A stretch of 64,000 nucleotides of DNA. Origin: a virus (lineage: Duplodnaviria; Caudoviricetes). A model generated the notes under the pieces. The model worked only from the letters and a program-made list of their open reading frames with translations. It was not told the origin of the DNA and searched no databases. The stretch covers positions 1 to 64,000 of the IMG/VR virus record IMGVR_UViG_2872728642_000001; one strand, written 5' to 3'. Positions 62,283 to 64,000 of the stretch are shown piece after piece. How positions within the stretch are numbered: position 1 is the first letter of the stretch; each line of letters starts with the position of its first letter. The translations under genes were made by a program, and so were the position numbers.

Positions 62283-62558
62283 TTAATGAGCCCATATGTG
62301 GCCGTCGATGAGCGCGCGGGCCTGCTCGTACGCTTCGTCCACGGTGATGCTGTAGTTCTGGGCGACGATGAGGTCCACCAAGTCGTTGACCGCGCGGGCG
62401 GCGTCCCACGCGGACACAGTCTGCACGGCCTGGTCGTCGGATTCGGCGGCGAGCGCGGCGAAGCCGATCTCCTTGACCGCCTTGTCGGTAGCGTCCTGCA
62501 GCAGGGCGCGCCTGCACTGGTCGAGCGGTTCACGGCAGTGGAAGCACATAACGGACAT
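62283..62558 (-). CDS. Small hypothetical with CxxC...C
   Basis: 91 aa; AAAGGGG RBS. Confidence 0.55.
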   Translation of the reverse strand: MSVMCFHCREPLDQCRRALLQDATDKAVKEIGFAALAAESDDQAVQTVSAWDAARAVNDLVDLIVAQNYSITVDEAYEQARALIDGHIWAH

Positions 62559-62571
62559 CAGAGGGCCCCTT

Positions 62572-63330
62572 TCAGATCAGGGTGAGTTGTACGGGTTCGG
62601 GCGCGTGGGCGGGGGTGCGCGGTGGAGCCGTGACCGGGCGTGTGGAGGCGAGGTCGTAGCGGCCGTCGTACGGGTCGTGGACCAGCTCGCACGCGTCGAT
62701 CAGCGACGGCGCTTTCTCAAGCAGCAGTTGCCACGTCCAGCGCAGAACGGACGGCAGGTGCTTGTCTGGGCCGTTGGCGAGGAGTGTCCCGTCAGCGGAG
62801 TCGGCGTCCATCGCCGCCGCGGCGTACCGCATCCGCTTGAACGAGTTGACCCGCCCGACGTGGACCCACAGCCCGGCAGCGCACGCGGCGCGCGCGAGCA
62901 CGGCGGCTGCGGGGCTGAGCTTCCAGGACGTTGATCCGCCGATGAACAGGCAGTCGAAGTCCTCCCAGGCCCACCAGTCGCAGAATTCGAGGTAGTCCTG
63001 GGCGACCATCGCGACCGGGTATCCCATTCGCCGGATGCGGTCGAGGTACGGGTATGAGCGGTTCACGGTGGCGAACGCGTTGAAGGGGAGGTCGGGCGCG
63101 GTCGCGAACAAGCACCGGTCGGCGAACGGCGCGCGTTCCTCCAGCCACTCCATGTACGCCTCGTCGCCGACGTACGTGCTGCCGAAGATGCCAGAGTCGG
63201 CGGCCCACCAGCCCTCCTCGGGGACGCGGTTGCCCGAGGAGGGGGTGAGGATGGCGCCGAGCCGGCGCGCGTGGACGTGCTCCCGGATCCGCGCGGTGGA
63301 CGGCGGCGCCAGATACAGCGGCGCGTACAT
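62572..63330 (-). CDS. TGT/DpdA-like base-exchange transglycosylase
   Basis: TGT-like motifs in the right order: ADSGIF, APD, AQD, FIGGS, VHVGRVN, DSADGT. TGATG coupling. Confidence 0.65.
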   Translation of the reverse strand: MYAPLYLAPPSTARIREHVHARRLGAILTPSSGNRVPEEGWWAADSGIFGSTYVGDEAYMEWLEERAPFADRCLFATAPDLPFNAFATVNRSYPYLDRIRRMGYPVAMVAQDYLEFCDWWAWEDFDCLFIGGSTSWKLSPAAAVLARAACAAGLWVHVGRVNSFKRMRYAAAAMDADSADGTLLANGPDKHLPSVLRWTWQLLLEKAPSLIDACELVHDPYDGRYDLASTRPVTAPPRTPAHAPEPVQLTLI

Positions 63331-64000
63331 CAGTAGCAAGCCGCCGCGGTGTCGAACAGACTCGGCTGCCGGACCTTCTTGCGACGACGGACCAGCCCGG
63401 CCTCATACCGGCGGCGCAGCTCCGCGAGCGTCAGCGGGTATTTGACCCCGGCGACAGTCTCGGTGAGGATCGCCACGTCCTTGTCGTGCGTGACGCGGAA
63501 CTTCTCCTCCAGTTCCTCGGCGTAGGCGTACCGCTCCGGGAACTTCTCCAGCGTGAGCAGCCATTGCTCGCGCCCGGCTCGGACGCACAGGCCGCCGCAG
63601 TTGTTGTGTTCGTAGCCCAGCTCGTACAGACGAGGCACCGCGATGCCGAGCGCCCTGCACTCGTCGAGCATGCGGTCCTTGCCCCAGTGCGGCTCGTCGC
63701 ACATGGGGAACTCGACTTGCCACGGCGACCAGCCGGCCACGGTGCCCGGCAGGCGTCGAGTCTCTGCGTGGTCGAATCCGACGTAGGCGATGGTGTGGTC
63801 GGGGTCGCAGTGCTCGGTCATCCATTTCCGGCACGGCACCTGCTTGAGGTGCTTGCTGCAGGGCGCGAGCCGCGAGTTGCCGAGCCACTTGACGTCGAAA
63901 AACACCTCGAACGGCGTTCTGCCGTCCGCGACGATGGTCGGTGCGACGCCCAGGTGGGCGCTGGCGTCGTCCATGAACCGGTAGAGGTCTTCGTCCTCGG
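63330..64000 (-). CDS. PAPS-reductase-like (PP-loop) protein, 5' end outside the window
   Basis: EDEDLYRF, CS..LK..P, VGFD..E..R, P.LY..G..HNNCGG.CV.AG. Confidence 0.75.
   Translation of the reverse strand, partial: EDEDLYRFMDDASAHLGVAPTIVADGRTPFEVFFDVKWLGNSRLAPCSKHLKQVPCRKWMTEHCDPDHTIAYVGFDHAETRRLPGTVAGWSPWQVEFPMCDEPHWGKDRMLDECRALGIAVPRLYELGYEHNNCGGLCVRAGREQWLLTLEKFPERYAYAEELEEKFRVTHDKDVAILTETVAGVKYPLTLAELRRRYEAGLVRRRKKVRQPSLFDTAAACY

Overview
About 64 kb of a high-GC (actinomycete-type) temperate siphovirus or phage-plasmid genome, with no host housekeeping genes or att boundary visible. Nearly everything is on the - strand. Read right to left it runs: candidate DNA-modification genes (PAPS-reductase-like, TGT/DpdA-like), HU, DEDDh exonuclease, an immunity/regulatory block (tandem GntR, XRE-ImmA-like-MAB_1171c-like trio, XRE repressor), recombination (PD-(D/E)XK exonuclease, gp3-like, RuvC-like), WhiB, LAGLIDADG, SLOG, a J-domain fusion, an HTH replication initiator with internal iterons, a collagen-like surface protein, a tyrosine recombinase with a dif-like site, secreted morons, ParB plus ABC-ATPase/GNAT plus ASCH, terminases, a fibre-like module misplaced before the portal, head, tail (-1 frameshift chaperone, TMP, Dit, two tandem paralogous tail-tip modules) and lysis, then a convergent HAD/EEP pair. 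Non-coding structure found by eye: a 21-bp semi-palindrome in 9 dispersed copies, a 28-bp dif-like site, a LexA-like box, iterons and TGACGC operator repeats. All family calls come from motif recognition, not database searches.
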